Virus record (IMG/VR): IMGVR_UViG_3300045974_000067
Location: 5,714 to 69,713 of that record
Direction: 5' to 3' (one strand)
Length of the DNA stretch: 64,000 bases
Source of the DNA: a virus
Shown here: positions 39,330 to 49,501 of the stretch, piece by piece
Layout: the number at the start of each line of letters is the position of its first letter
How positions within the stretch are numbered: the stretch's first letter is position 1
Program-made: the position numbers and the translations under genes
Notes under the pieces: generated by a model
What the model was told of the DNA's origin: nothing
The model's input: the letters and a program-made list of their open reading frames with translations, nothing else
The model's database searches: none

Positions 39330-42300
39330 AAGGTCACCATGTTCTGCTGTTTGGCAGCTTTACGTAAATCTTTCTCAGTAAGTCCTAACTTTTGATTTAA
39401 TTTAATAAATCTAGGATCATTAAAAGTAGCATTAGCAATTTCATCGTATAGACGCTTCTTTTGGTCAGTAGGTACTACATTACTTAGGCTAGCTAACTGC
39501 TTATTTTTAGTAGTTAAAGCAATAATCTGTGCGCCACTACTAGAAGCATCTTGCTCAAGAGCAATATTAATACGATAGTTAGCAAGTCTACCCAGGCTTG
39601 CGGCACTGTAATCCCCTCCTAAGAATTCGTCTATTTTAGCTGTTTCTAATGCAAGTCTTAATAACTTTCCTTGTTCTTCTCCATCAATTTGTGCAAGAAG
39701 CTTATTCTCCAAGATAAATCGTATATCATTAGGTTTAGCTCTACGAATAGCATTACCAATAGCAATAAGATCTTTACGATGATCCATTGCTATTTGTTGT
39801 CTACCTAGAATAGATAATGAATTATGGCTACCTTCTAAAGCATCAGATAGTCCACCTATAAATCCACCTATTTGGTCTTGTAGATTATAAAAACCTAATT
39901 CACTAAAAGGCTTAGCTTGTGCAGTATTAAGAAATGGTCTGAATGTTTCACCTGATTGTGGCCCTATAAAGCCACGCTCGTATATACGGCCACGATGATC
40001 AATAAAAGGAGTATTACTAAATGACATATCTTTTTCACGTAGCCAGGACATAGCCTTAAGACGTTCATATGCATCTCCTCTTTCAACCATGTATTGTCTG
40101 TATATATTTAGATCATTATAATATTGTGCTTTACCTTTATCATCTTGAAAAGTAATTAATTTATTTATAAAGTCATGAAATTCAGGATCTACTTTATATT
40201 GTGCTTGTGAAGCCCAATTAAGAGCATCAGTCATATTCTTGTCGATAAGTTCTACAGGTAAGTCATTAAAGCTAGAAGTTGAAGTAATAGGTATACGAGT
40301 GTCTGTAAGTCCAAATATACCATCATCTATAAAATATGTCTTATAGCCTTCTTTAACTAATAATCTATTCTTATCTGTAGTAACACCTACACGTAAGCCT
40401 ACTTCTACTTTCCGTGTGAGTCTTGCATAATTTTGTATTCTAGGATCAGTTATCCTAAGATTAACACTAAAAGTATCATAGTAAGGGCCGAAGTATTGTC
40501 CACTCATACGACTCTTCATACGTCTTTTCTGTACACCAAAAGTCTCTAGCTCATAGAAACCTTTGTCTTTAGCATCATCTAACAACTTGACACCTAAAGT
40601 ATACCATTCATTCCTACTACCTCGATAGTTAGCAAGATTATATAAGTCACGTCCTAATGCTACAGCAAGTTGATCTCTATCAGGACTATCTGCTAATGAG
40701 AGTCTCTTAGCAAACTTTAAATAAAAATCTTTTAGATTCTGGTCTGTGAGTCTTATCTTTAATTTAACGGGTATCTTGTAATCTAAAATATTACGAAGCT
40801 GATTAGCTATTTTAGGTAAAGTTTTATCTTCCCATTTGTTTACAGCTTTAATATTAGCAATAAATGTATCATGTAGTTCTTGTAATTGTACAGGTCCAAG
40901 AACAGGATCAATATAATTAGCTTGTTTTAATTTAAATAGTAGATTAGCATCTTTACGTAACTGTGTTTCCATATAATCTGAAACATTCATTACATCAAAC
41001 TTAATCTGACCATTTAAAACAGCTTTTAAATTAGTCCATGCTTCATCATTTTCTCTAAATCTTCCAAATGTTATTCTTAAGTTATCTGCTATAGCAGCTC
41101 TTTCATTAATACTCATTGTATCTGCTAAGTCATTTACAAACTTAGTAATAAATTCTTTATCTTTTTGTTTAAGAACTATACTCTCATTAACTAATCTAAG
41201 ATTATTATTAAGTACACTAGGATTAGGTGCAAACATCCTAGTATCTTCATAACGACTAGTAATAGGATTGAACTTTAAGTTAGCTTCAGTAGGTGGTGTA
41301 TTTAGCACACGCGTCTTAGCAGCTTTCTTAGTACCTATTAAATTACCACGATAGTTTGTTAATGATAAAGTACCATCAAGTTCTTGTGTTTGCAATAAGT
41401 AGTATTGTTTAAGAGCAGCAGTCATTTCTGCATCACCAATAATTTCATCTGGTCTAGCAGCACCTAACTTAAGTGTATCTAACTTATCTTTAGCAAAAGC
41501 AAATCTACGAGTATCACCAGGTAAACTACCAAAGTCACTAGTAGTCATTTGATTAAGTTGTTTAATTCCTACATTAGCACCTGATGGTGTTATAAATTTA
41601 TCTAGTTGTAATTGACCACTTTGAAATTTCTGTAATCTATTAAGATCGCCAATATGCTTTATTTGTACTTCTTGTGGTTGTCTAAGTAGCCAGTCATTAT
41701 AGCTTTCTTTTAATGGTGATTGTCCATCATAAAAGGCTATTTCTTTATCAGTAAGTCCTGCAAGATTCCTTTTGCGTATCTGAGCAATACCTTCATTAGT
41801 ACCTAATTGATCATAGGACTTAGTAATAGGTATAGTTGTAGAACGGCAATACCAATGAGCAGGTGGCAAGTGTGCAGTATCTCCGACAGGATAAATATGT
41901 CCATCTCTGCTTGCACATAATGGTGTTGTACGAGAGTCTAATACTGCTACATATTGATAGCCATTTAAAATTTTTTCATTAGCTTTATAAACTTGATGAT
42001 CTGCTTGAGCATATACTGAAGTCATAGATGTTACAGTTAAACCATTAGCTTGATTTTTAGTAATATTAAAAGTACTCGATACAGTTTTAGCAATAGAAGT
42101 CTCATTGAGACCATCTGCAATACCTTTACGTATAATAGCTTCAATACGTATTCTTTCATTCTTGCCTATACCTACCCAACCTTCTTGCAATACTACATTA
42201 TTATATAAAGGTTGCTTAAGTACTACATTCTCTGCAATGCTTCTTGGAGGTTGCTTAGTACGCCAAATATTACCAACAGCTTTATCAATATTGTTAGTTG

Positions 42301-42571
42301 TGAAAGACACTTGATCTTTAAATAAATCTAATAAAGATCTCGAATGCACATTATACGTATTACTAATTGTCTTTTCTATTTCAGTATTTAACTTAACTTT
42401 AAATTGATCAAAAGTATCACCTTGTAGCTTAGATGAACGGATTAATCCATCTACTCTAACAGCATGACCATCAATAATTAACTCTAACTTGCCTTTTGTA
42501 TTGTCAGTATAGAGTCTAATCATTGCTGCTCTATCTACAGCTTTATCATAAATTTGTGTGTTGGCATTCAT
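39330..42571 (-). CDS. MuF (SPP1 gp7-like head morphogenesis)-T7-type RNA polymerase fusion, exon 1; spliced product 1538 aa
   Basis: N-terminal MuF motifs YVAVLDSRTTPLCASRDG..Y, PPAHWYCRST, SYNDWLLRQ; polymerase motifs IDHRGRIY, EQDASSSGAQ, LYDEIA, RKAAKQQNMVT. Confidence 0.9.
40753..40771 (-). promoter_or_regulatory. Class A promoter-like motif inside the MuF-RNAP gene
   Basis: TTATCTTTAATTTAACGGG, one mismatch to TTATCATTAATTTAACGGG. Confidence 0.5.
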
Positions 42572-42618
42572 AGCAACCTCTGACGGTCATTAGTTTAACT
42601 TAATAGAGACCGAATCTA

Positions 42619-44247
42619 TTAAGCTGCTTTAAGATTTGAGACATTATTCATCATACTATTCATTTGATTTACTTTATCAGCATAATTAGGATCAGAATTA
42701 GGCTTATTAACTACTTCGTCTTGAGTCATTTCAACTTGGCCTTCTTCATCGTCATAATCAGCAGGTACCATATCGTTCTGCTTGAGTAGCATAAGCCACA
42801 ATGTACGAGGAATAAGACCATTCTGATACCACTCTGTAGCGAGCCTAAGCCAATCGGCACCTAGAGGCACAGGATTAAAGTCAGCAGATAACTGAAATTC
42901 CACATCTGTAGATTTAAACTGTGTACCATAGCGCCAATTTAACATAAATGCAATAATATCAGCCATTTGATTAGAGACTTTAATATTAAGTGTTCCTAAT
43001 TGTGCTGTCTGGGCTGCATTACGAATTTCTAATGCTACACCTGATTGCATATTCTCAGGGCTAAGCATACGAATACCTAATCTAGCTAATTCTTCTATAG
43101 TTGCCAATATAGCTCTGTCCATGTCTTGTAAAGCAGCTGTAGGTGTATCCAAGACAGAAGCTGAATCACCTTGTCTAAGCTTAATCCAAGAACCAAGCCC
43201 AGCGTCAACAATAGCACCGAATTCTTCATCTGTAATATCTGCCGCAATAACAGGTGTATAAGTAGCTGCACCTAAGAGTAAATGATTACGACGACTAACT
43301 TTATTATACAATGCAACTTCACGGTCAATAAGCGGTGTAAGCATAGGCTCAATAATATCAATACTACCATTAAGAGGCCACGCTGGTATAACTTTTAGAC
43401 GCTCACCATTAGAAGTAATATTTTCAATAGTCTCTATTAACTCAAATCCACCATTACCACTTGGAGATGGGCCATTAGAAGCACCTACTGTATATTTCTG
43501 TTGAATAACACCATTGACTACTGGTATAGCTACATTTTGAGTAGGCTTTTGATACTTACGAATACGATAGTATCCATCTACTATTTCATGTACCCATACT
43601 GTATCTAATAGTGTAGGGTGAAACTCATTAACACCATATGTTTCTTCATAATTTCTAACAATAACTCGTTCAAGTATTTGTGAACCATCTACAGAGGCAA
43701 CGCTAAGTTTCCAATTAATAACTGACTCAGCATTCCATAATACAGGATATGGTTTAATTGCTAATACATCTTCTCTAGTCATTCCTTCAGTATTTTCTAC
43801 TTTAGGATAATCTACGTATACCCAAGCACGGCTAGTCTGCATCTCTTCCCACAATGCGCGATCTAAGAATGATACTAAAGGAGAACTATCTTGTGCAAAT
43901 GCATCCATAATCCATTGGTAAGCATCTGCAGGTGCTGTATCAGGTAATTTAAGTTGTGGTTGCTTCCTAAGTAGTCCACCAATAATTATTCGTGCATATT
44001 GTGTTACAATACCAGGTAGCTCAGCTTCTGCTTTAAAGAAATTATACTGTGTTTGTGTCATTGATTGAGAGAAAGGAATAAGCAAATTTGAGAAGAATAG
44101 ATTGTCAAGAATACCGTCAAAGTCTTTAACGAATCTTTCTCCATTACAAACTGCACGACTCTTTTCCCATAATTGGTTTATTGATTCGTAAGATGGACAA
44201 GGATCACATACAGTACGTCCTTGTTGAGCGGCATTCACAACACTCAT
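42619..44247 (-). CDS. Portal protein (DUF4055 type)
   Basis: 542 aa after terminase; WVYVDYP, AESVINW, IPAW, SGVAL motifs. Confidence 0.88.
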   Translation of the reverse strand: MSVVNAAQQGRTVCDPCPSYESINQLWEKSRAVCNGERFVKDFDGILDNLFFSNLLIPFSQSMTQTQYNFFKAEAELPGIVTQYARIIIGGLLRKQPQLKLPDTAPADAYQWIMDAFAQDSSPLVSFLDRALWEEMQTSRAWVYVDYPKVENTEGMTREDVLAIKPYPVLWNAESVINWKLSVASVDGSQILERVIVRNYEETYGVNEFHPTLLDTVWVHEIVDGYYRIRKYQKPTQNVAIPVVNGVIQQKYTVGASNGPSPSGNGGFELIETIENITSNGERLKVIPAWPLNGSIDIIEPMLTPLIDREVALYNKVSRRNHLLLGAATYTPVIAADITDEEFGAIVDAGLGSWIKLRQGDSASVLDTPTAALQDMDRAILATIEELARLGIRMLSPENMQSGVALEIRNAAQTAQLGTLNIKVSNQMADIIAFMLNWRYGTQFKSTDVEFQLSADFNPVPLGADWLRLATEWYQNGLIPRTLWLMLLKQNDMVPADYDDEEGQVEMTQDEVVNKPNSDPNYADKVNQMNSMMNNVSNLKAA

Positions 44248-44249
44248 GA

Positions 44250-44483
44250 TTAACCTTTCCGTTTAAGCATTGCACTAAATTCAGATTGAGTACCTTCAAA
44301 TACTTTACCTGTAGAGTTATTAGTGGCTTTAATACCTGTGTTAGTAGGTATAATATACCAATCAAAAGGATTAGATTCTGCATTAGTAAGAGTAGTAGCT
44401 GTCTTGAGTTTGTTTGTATCAAGAATAACATGCTCTGGTGCAGGCTTAACCTTTTCTTTAACATCTAACTTAAAATTTGCCAT
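44250..44483 (-). CDS. Hypothetical protein
   Basis: ORF track; W.I...GIKATN..TG.VFEG...EF. Confidence 0.65.
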   Translation of the reverse strand: MANFKLDVKEKVKPAPEHVILDTNKLKTATTLTNAESNPFDWYIIPTNTGIKATNNSTGKVFEGTQSEFSAMLKRKG

Positions 44484-44492
44484 ATAATTGCC

Positions 44493-44588
44493 TTATAATA
44501 ATAAACCAAGAAACACAATAATTAGTCCTATAATTATTGTCCAGAATGCAACAGGATTCTCTTCAATATACTTCAAGACAGGCTTCAA
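44493..44588 (-). CDS. Small membrane peptide (31 aa, TTG start)
   Basis: AAGGAG RBS; MKPVLKYIEENPVAFWTIIIGLIIVFLGLLL. Confidence 0.45.
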   Translation of the reverse strand: MKPVLKYIEENPVAFWTIIIGLIIVFLGLLL

Positions 44589-44602
44589 TCAAAACTCCTT
44601 AC

Positions 44603-44776
44603 TTAATTAGAGAATTCCTTATCTTTTGCTTTAGCAATCTTAAAAGAAGTAGCGGCTAACTGCCCATTATGACGTATTTCTTCAAATATAAGTGTGCAAT
44701 TATATTTTGTTAATGCATGCTTAACTTCTTGTTCACATGCATGTACAGCCATTTGCTCTAAGGATTCTATCTTCAT
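44603..44776 (-). CDS. Small hypothetical protein (57 aa)
   Basis: TAATG coupling to upstream micro-ORF; MKIESLEQMAVHACEQEVK... Confidence 0.55.
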   Translation of the reverse strand: MKIESLEQMAVHACEQEVKHALTKYNCTLIFEEIRHNGQLAATSFKIAKAKDKEFSN

Positions 44777-44820
44777 TACTTCTTAGGTGGCTTTCCACCA
44801 CCGCCCTTTTTACAAGCCAT
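44776..44820 (-). CDS. 14-aa Lys/Gly-rich micropeptide MACKKGGGGKPPKK
   Basis: TAATG stop-start overlaps at both ends and GAGG RBS 9 nt upstream. Confidence 0.55.
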   Translation of the reverse strand: MACKKGGGGKPPKK

Positions 44821-45191
44821 TATCTTGACCTCAAGTAGTTTAAATAATAATTTGAAGTTAATTCTTCTCCTTCAAATATATCTCTTGTAGCATAAAAATA
44901 GTAATTATTACCTATGAAATATAATACCATATTAGGCAATCTAGCATGATTACTATATCGTCCGCCTGGAGTACGCTTTTTGCCTATTCTAGCAGAGCAT
45001 ACTTCTTCACCTGCTTTAAAGCTAGCTTTAGCAAACAATCCTTTGCCTTCAATAGGAGAATCTGCTACATATACATTATATTCTTTCTCAAAAGGTATTT
45101 GATCATATGTTTGTTCAGCTATTGAACGTGCTTCTTTATCAGTAATCCCAATTGCAGCAAGACACGAAATGTAACTTTCATAATCTGTCAT
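44820..45191 (-). CDS. SET-domain protein-lysine methyltransferase
   Basis: SPIEGKGLFA....GE, RYSNHA..PN, ATRDI.EGEELTSNY. Confidence 0.88.
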   Translation of the reverse strand: MTDYESYISCLAAIGITDKEARSIAEQTYDQIPFEKEYNVYVADSPIEGKGLFAKASFKAGEEVCSARIGKKRTPGGRYSNHARLPNMVLYFIGNNYYFYATRDIFEGEELTSNYYLNYLRSR

Positions 45192-46582
45192 TATATTAGC
45201 CTATTAGTTCTCTTAACGGCTACAGAACTCTTGTTAATTGGATATAAATACTCAATACCATATCTTACACCATCAGAGTAATGCTCAATACTTTCAGTCT
45301 TATCAATTGTAGCAGTGTCTTGATTATTATCAACCCATTTAGTACGCTCTAAGGATGTGATTAAGCCTTGACATTTAGAAGATACATATAAATTAACTTC
45401 ACCAGCTGCTGTCATAAGTCTAGCATTAACAGCATTAACACTATCAACAATAGGAGGAGATTTACTTCTTGCTCTGACGATAAAGCCATGGCGTTCTAGT
45501 ATAGTAAAGTCTGTTTGGCCTACAGGTGCAGATGTTTTATGTGCTCTGCCTGTAGGATCTGGATATACAAATATTTTACATACTTTAAGTTTATAATCAT
45601 CATGTCCTTGCCTCTCGTAATTAGGCCAGAACTTAGCTCTAATTGCAATAGCTAAAGTTTCTGTATCAGGATGACCTTTAAATTCATCTATGAAATGTAC
45701 TTGAGCGCCTCTGACAGCAAAAGCAGCAGAGCACTGTAAATTAACGTTAAAGTCAATACACACATGAACATCCTCACCAGGCTCATCTCTGCTACCTTGT
45801 CTAAACCATTCCAAATCATTTCTAACATGCACTTTACGCTTAAAACAATAAAAGATTGAATTGCCTGAATCTTCGAAAGTAGCTTTGTACTCTCTGTTAT
45901 ACTTAAGAGGATCAATAGTATGCCTGATCTTTTCAATTTCATCAGGGTCTAGATAAGGACTAGAGTGATAATCATAATGATAAGCTTTCCATTCGTTGTC
46001 TAGCTCCTGTCTGTTGTACATATCAAAGAAATAGTCATAACCTTTAGGCGTACTAATTGTTAATGATCTACCAGGACTTTTAGCATTATAAATCTTAGCC
46101 ATCTTAGGAGACCAGCGGGTAGATATACATGGCTGTATAATACCTTCCCAAGCTTCTTTAAGTCCATCACCTTTAGTCCAGTCACGTACTTCGTCATTAA
46201 CAACAAAGTAAGCACCTTTACCACGTAGCCTTCCTACAGCCTCGTAAGAAACAAGACTAAGTATTACATTAAAAGGAAACCATAAACGACCCATTTCTTT
46301 AGAATGCTTTATTACATAATTTTCCATACCTAATTCATACATAAGTAATGGAAAATAAATATCAGTTACCTGTGTGTAGGTAGGTGCTATAATAAATACT
46401 TGTTTATTAGGCACTGAAGGTTCTAATTGCATAAGTTCATTGCAAGCAGCACTTGCAGCTACAGCAGCAAAATAACTTTTACCCCAACCTCGACTAGCAG
46501 CTACTACAGCATTTCTAATGTTACGTGTAACAAATAGATCAGCAAATACTTCAGATTGTCCTGGGTGCAGTTCTATTGTCAT
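45191..46582 (-). CDS. terL: Terminase large subunit
   Basis: Walker A ASRGWGKS, LRG, Walker B VVNDE, ISTPKG, REY.A.F, IDFN, YPDPTG, HYSDGVRY. Confidence 0.95.
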   Translation of the reverse strand: MTIELHPGQSEVFADLFVTRNIRNAVVAASRGWGKSYFAAVAASAACNELMQLEPSVPNKQVFIIAPTYTQVTDIYFPLLMYELGMENYVIKHSKEMGRLWFPFNVILSLVSYEAVGRLRGKGAYFVVNDEVRDWTKGDGLKEAWEGIIQPCISTRWSPKMAKIYNAKSPGRSLTISTPKGYDYFFDMYNRQELDNEWKAYHYDYHSSPYLDPDEIEKIRHTIDPLKYNREYKATFEDSGNSIFYCFKRKVHVRNDLEWFRQGSRDEPGEDVHVCIDFNVNLQCSAAFAVRGAQVHFIDEFKGHPDTETLAIAIRAKFWPNYERQGHDDYKLKVCKIFVYPDPTGRAHKTSAPVGQTDFTILERHGFIVRARSKSPPIVDSVNAVNARLMTAAGEVNLYVSSKCQGLITSLERTKWVDNNQDTATIDKTESIEHYSDGVRYGIEYLYPINKSSVAVKRTNRLI

Positions 46583-47121
46583 TCTCCTACACCTTTATAG
46601 GCTGGTTCTTCTTCATCAGGTAAATTAAAAATAGACTTGTTTTTAACTTCTGCTAATTGAGCGCCTATCTCAGACAATGTTTGCATCTCTAAAGATTCTT
46701 CTTTGCTAGGCAAATAAACAGTATCAGCTTCAGGTACTTCTATTTTATCAAATTCTTTTAATGTTTCTTGATTTATAGTTAAGCCATTCAATCTAATTTC
46801 CATTGGTCTAATAGCTGTAGCACTAATTTCAACTGATTCAGGTGCTCTTGCATAACCATACCTAAGTAAGTCTGTAATAAGCTTTTGTTTGGTACTCAAT
46901 AATGCTGCATATTTGACAGAAGAATAATTATCTCTTTGAATACCACTAGGGTAATACTGGAGATCATAAATATCTTTCTCTAACTTGTCAAACATTTTAA
47001 CCATTTCTTCAATAGGATCGAATCCTAGCTCTTGAAGCTTCTTATAAGCCGCTTTGGAGACTATCGTCTTATTGCCGACATTGACTCGCCTAATAATTGG
47101 CTGGCTAATATTGTCTGTCAT
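46579..47121 (-). CDS. terS: Terminase small subunit (putative)
   Basis: Directly upstream of TerL with ATGA overlap; LGFDPIEEM...LLRYGY pattern. Confidence 0.7.
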   Translation of the reverse strand: MTDNISQPIIRRVNVGNKTIVSKAAYKKLQELGFDPIEEMVKMFDKLEKDIYDLQYYPSGIQRDNYSSVKYAALLSTKQKLITDLLRYGYARAPESVEISATAIRPMEIRLNGLTINQETLKEFDKIEVPEADTVYLPSKEESLEMQTLSEIGAQLAEVKNKSIFNLPDEEEPAYKGVGE

Positions 47122-47332
47122 AATGTTCTCCTACGAACTTCTTCTGATCATCCGGAAAATGTCACCCACAAAGCGTCTCTAAATAGACACCATTTTAAAA
47201 TTCTAAACAGTGACCTAAGAAACATCTCAAATTAAAATAACCAAAGATTAGTCTACATGATCACTTTCATTTACTTCAATAAATAAATCCTTTTAATTGA
47301 ATATATTAAAGAGACCAACTAAAAGTACATTT

Positions 47333-47806
47333 TTATTGACCTTCATTTATCTCAACACACAAATCCTTTAGTTCAACATGATGAGACTTTAAAGAAAATC
47401 TATACTTATACACGATATCTTCATCTATACACCAAAAACCTTGCAAATCCTTGGGTAATAAATATGTATAGTTAAACACTTCACCTTTTTGTAGCAAAGC
47501 ACTTGGTAAACTTATTGTAGCTTTTGTTTTCTTATTTATAAAGATGCCACTAATTGTTGCAATATTATCATTATTCTTTTTAAATTGTCGATTAACAACT
47601 AAGATAAGAGAATTATTAGTACGTTCTAAATGTAATTGTCCTGTAACTTCAGAATACGGTGGCTCTAGAGTTACACTATCTAGAATAATCATAAACACAA
47701 TAGACATAAACATAAATGTTATTACGCCTAAAGTAGTCACTAATAATTTAGTACGTTGTCTATACATATCTAACGATGACATCTGCTCGGTATACATAAG
47801 TAGCAC
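47333..47806 (-). CDS. Membrane protein (N-terminal TM)
   Basis: LLVTTLGVITFMFMSIVFMIIL hydrophobic helix. Confidence 0.6.
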   Translation of the reverse strand: MLLMYTEQMSSLDMYRQRTKLLVTTLGVITFMFMSIVFMIILDSVTLEPPYSEVTGQLHLERTNNSLILVVNRQFKKNNDNIATISGIFINKKTKATISLPSALLQKGEVFNYTYLLPKDLQGFWCIDEDIVYKYRFSLKSHHVELKDLCVEINEGQ

Positions 47807-47832
47807 CCCTTTAAGCTATTACAAGTCCATAA

Positions 47833-48372
47833 TCATTCTCCTTTTATATTAGCTTTAATGAAGAACCATATAGCTACACCAATCACTGCTAATGCAGCCC
47901 AAATGGTATTCTTTATTACAAAAGTTATTATTTCATTAAATCTAGTCTTTCTTTCATTAACTTCATGAATAACTTCTGTATGGTATTTTGCATGACTTAT
48001 TGGATCTTGATTTGGGAAAGCAGACATAACTTTCTCAGACAACTCTTTTACCAATATAAAGAGAGTATTCTTAATTATTTCAGCTTGACTTGTTATATGC
48101 TTTTCAAGCGTTCTATCAGACATATAGTTATTTAATTTTTGTATAATATCTTTAACATCTACTGTTAAGACTTTGTGGCTTTCATTCACACTGTCCAGTT
48201 TCGATACTGTATTTTTGATATCAGATATTAAAGATTTATATAATTCATTTTGTGATTCTAATTTAGTGTTTTGTGTTTCAATCTTATTATGCATTACTTC
48301 TAGTTGCTTTATAATGCCATTATACTCCTCTTTAATACGGCTAAAAGAGGTGTCTTCTTTTCTGACTACCAT
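47833..48372 (-). CDS. Coiled-coil protein with C-terminal TM helix
   Basis: AFPNQDP..H..YH motif, terminal TM; AGGAG RBS; first gene of late operon. Confidence 0.65.
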   Translation of the reverse strand: MVVRKEDTSFSRIKEEYNGIIKQLEVMHNKIETQNTKLESQNELYKSLISDIKNTVSKLDSVNESHKVLTVDVKDIIQKLNNYMSDRTLEKHITSQAEIIKNTLFILVKELSEKVMSAFPNQDPISHAKYHTEVIHEVNERKTRFNEIITFVIKNTIWAALAVIGVAIWFFIKANIKGE

Positions 48373-48419
48373 TGCTTCTCCTTTAGCTATACTAAAGATT
48401 CCTCTTATTTGTATTAATA

Positions 48420-48740
48420 ATCGTTATAAATAAATAATCATCAATACAATTAGTTATTTATAGATATTATAAAACTAACTATAAATTATTAATATTTATT
48501 ATATAATAAATAATCATTAATACATTATATACTTATAGATATTAATATTTATTATATAATAAACATTATCAATACTTAATATACTTATAGCTAGCTTTAT
48601 AACTACTCTATATAGCTACTCTTTAATAATACTCTTAATTATATATAATAATAATACCCATCTATACATGGTATACTTATAGCTAGCTTTATAGCTATAC
48701 TTATAAGTACTCTTATAGCTAGCTATATAGCTATACTAAG
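48420..48740. repeat. Extremely AT-rich repeat/palindrome region (possible origin or packaging site)
   Basis: TATTAATATTTATTATATAATAAA at 48487 and 48540; TATACTTATAGCTAGCTTTATA at 48580 and 48672; palindrome TATAGCTAGCTATA at 48714. Confidence 0.7.
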
Positions 48741-48751
48741 GGGGCGGACCA

Positions 48752-48777
48752 CTTATCATTAATTTAACGGGCTTGAG
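48752..48777 (-). promoter_or_regulatory. Putative phage RNAP promoter, class A (late operon)
   Basis: CTTATCATTAATTTAACGGGCTTGAG, immediately after strong terminator, heading the packaging/structural block. Confidence 0.8.
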
Positions 48778-48797
48778 GTAATGTGGAATAGTAGTTA

Positions 48798-48890
48798 AGA
48801 AAATAAAAGAAAAAATAAAAAAATAAATGCCACCCAACCTACTCCTTATAACACCCAATTAAGGGCATTATAAGAAGTAAGTTGGGTGGC
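48798..48890 (-). terminator. Strong terminator: 28-bp stem plus long U tract
   Basis: GCCACCCAACUUACUUCUUAUAAUGCCC-UUAAUU-GGGUGUUAUAAGGAGUAGGUUGGGUGGC then AUUUAUUUUUU. Confidence 0.85.
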
Positions 48891-48939
48891 TATCTTTAAA
48901 TTTTTATCTTATTAAAGTACACTAATAACTCTTATTTAA

Positions 48940-49203
48940 TTAAATTATATATTTTTTATCAGAACCATCTCTGGCTTTAATAACTACTGTATTCAAGTCG
49001 TGATCCCAAACAGCATAGAATCGACGTCCACTACGATCTTCAAACCAAGCAGAGCTAGCATACTGATCTTTATATTCACGCGGAACTAGATTAGTAATGA
49101 TACCTGCTTCGAGTAAAGCGTTTAGTGTATTAATTACTTGTACAGCTGATGTGGCATGATGCTCAGCTTTACTTATTACATGGTTATAGAACGATTTATC
49201 CAT
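48940..49203 (-). CDS. Hypothetical protein
   Basis: ORF track. Confidence 0.6.
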   Translation of the reverse strand: MDKSFYNHVISKAEHHATSAVQVINTLNALLEAGIITNLVPREYKDQYASSAWFEDRSGRRFYAVWDHDLNTVVIKARDGSDKKYII

Positions 49204-49204
49204 A

Positions 49205-49501
49205 TTAAGCGGCTTTCTTCTGATGACTCTTTTTACTCAAGATACTTGCAGCCTTTGTTGCACATGCATCAGAAACTAATGTTGGTTTTTCTACAATTTT
49301 TTCAGGAATAATATCATCAAAGATAGATACATAATTTTCAGTCTTTTTGAACTTATTATGTTGACTGACAAGGGCAGCAACTGCAAAAGTATCCCTAAAA
49401 TTTTGAATCTGAATTTGTGCTGCTTGAAGACTGGCCTTAGAACGACCACCCTTATAGCAAAGCTTCAACATATCATTTAGTGCTTTATCTGAGACTTTCA
49501 T
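49205..49501 (-). CDS. Hypothetical protein
   Basis: ORF track; AAGGAG RBS. Confidence 0.6.
   Translation of the reverse strand: MKVSDKALNDMLKLCYKGGRSKASLQAAQIQIQNFRDTFAVAALVSQHNKFKKTENYVSIFDDIIPEKIVEKPTLVSDACATKAASILSKKSHQKKAA

Noticed and set aside
48420-48740. CRISPR array
   Set aside because: Repeats are irregular, low-complexity and lack unique equal-length spacers; no cas genes
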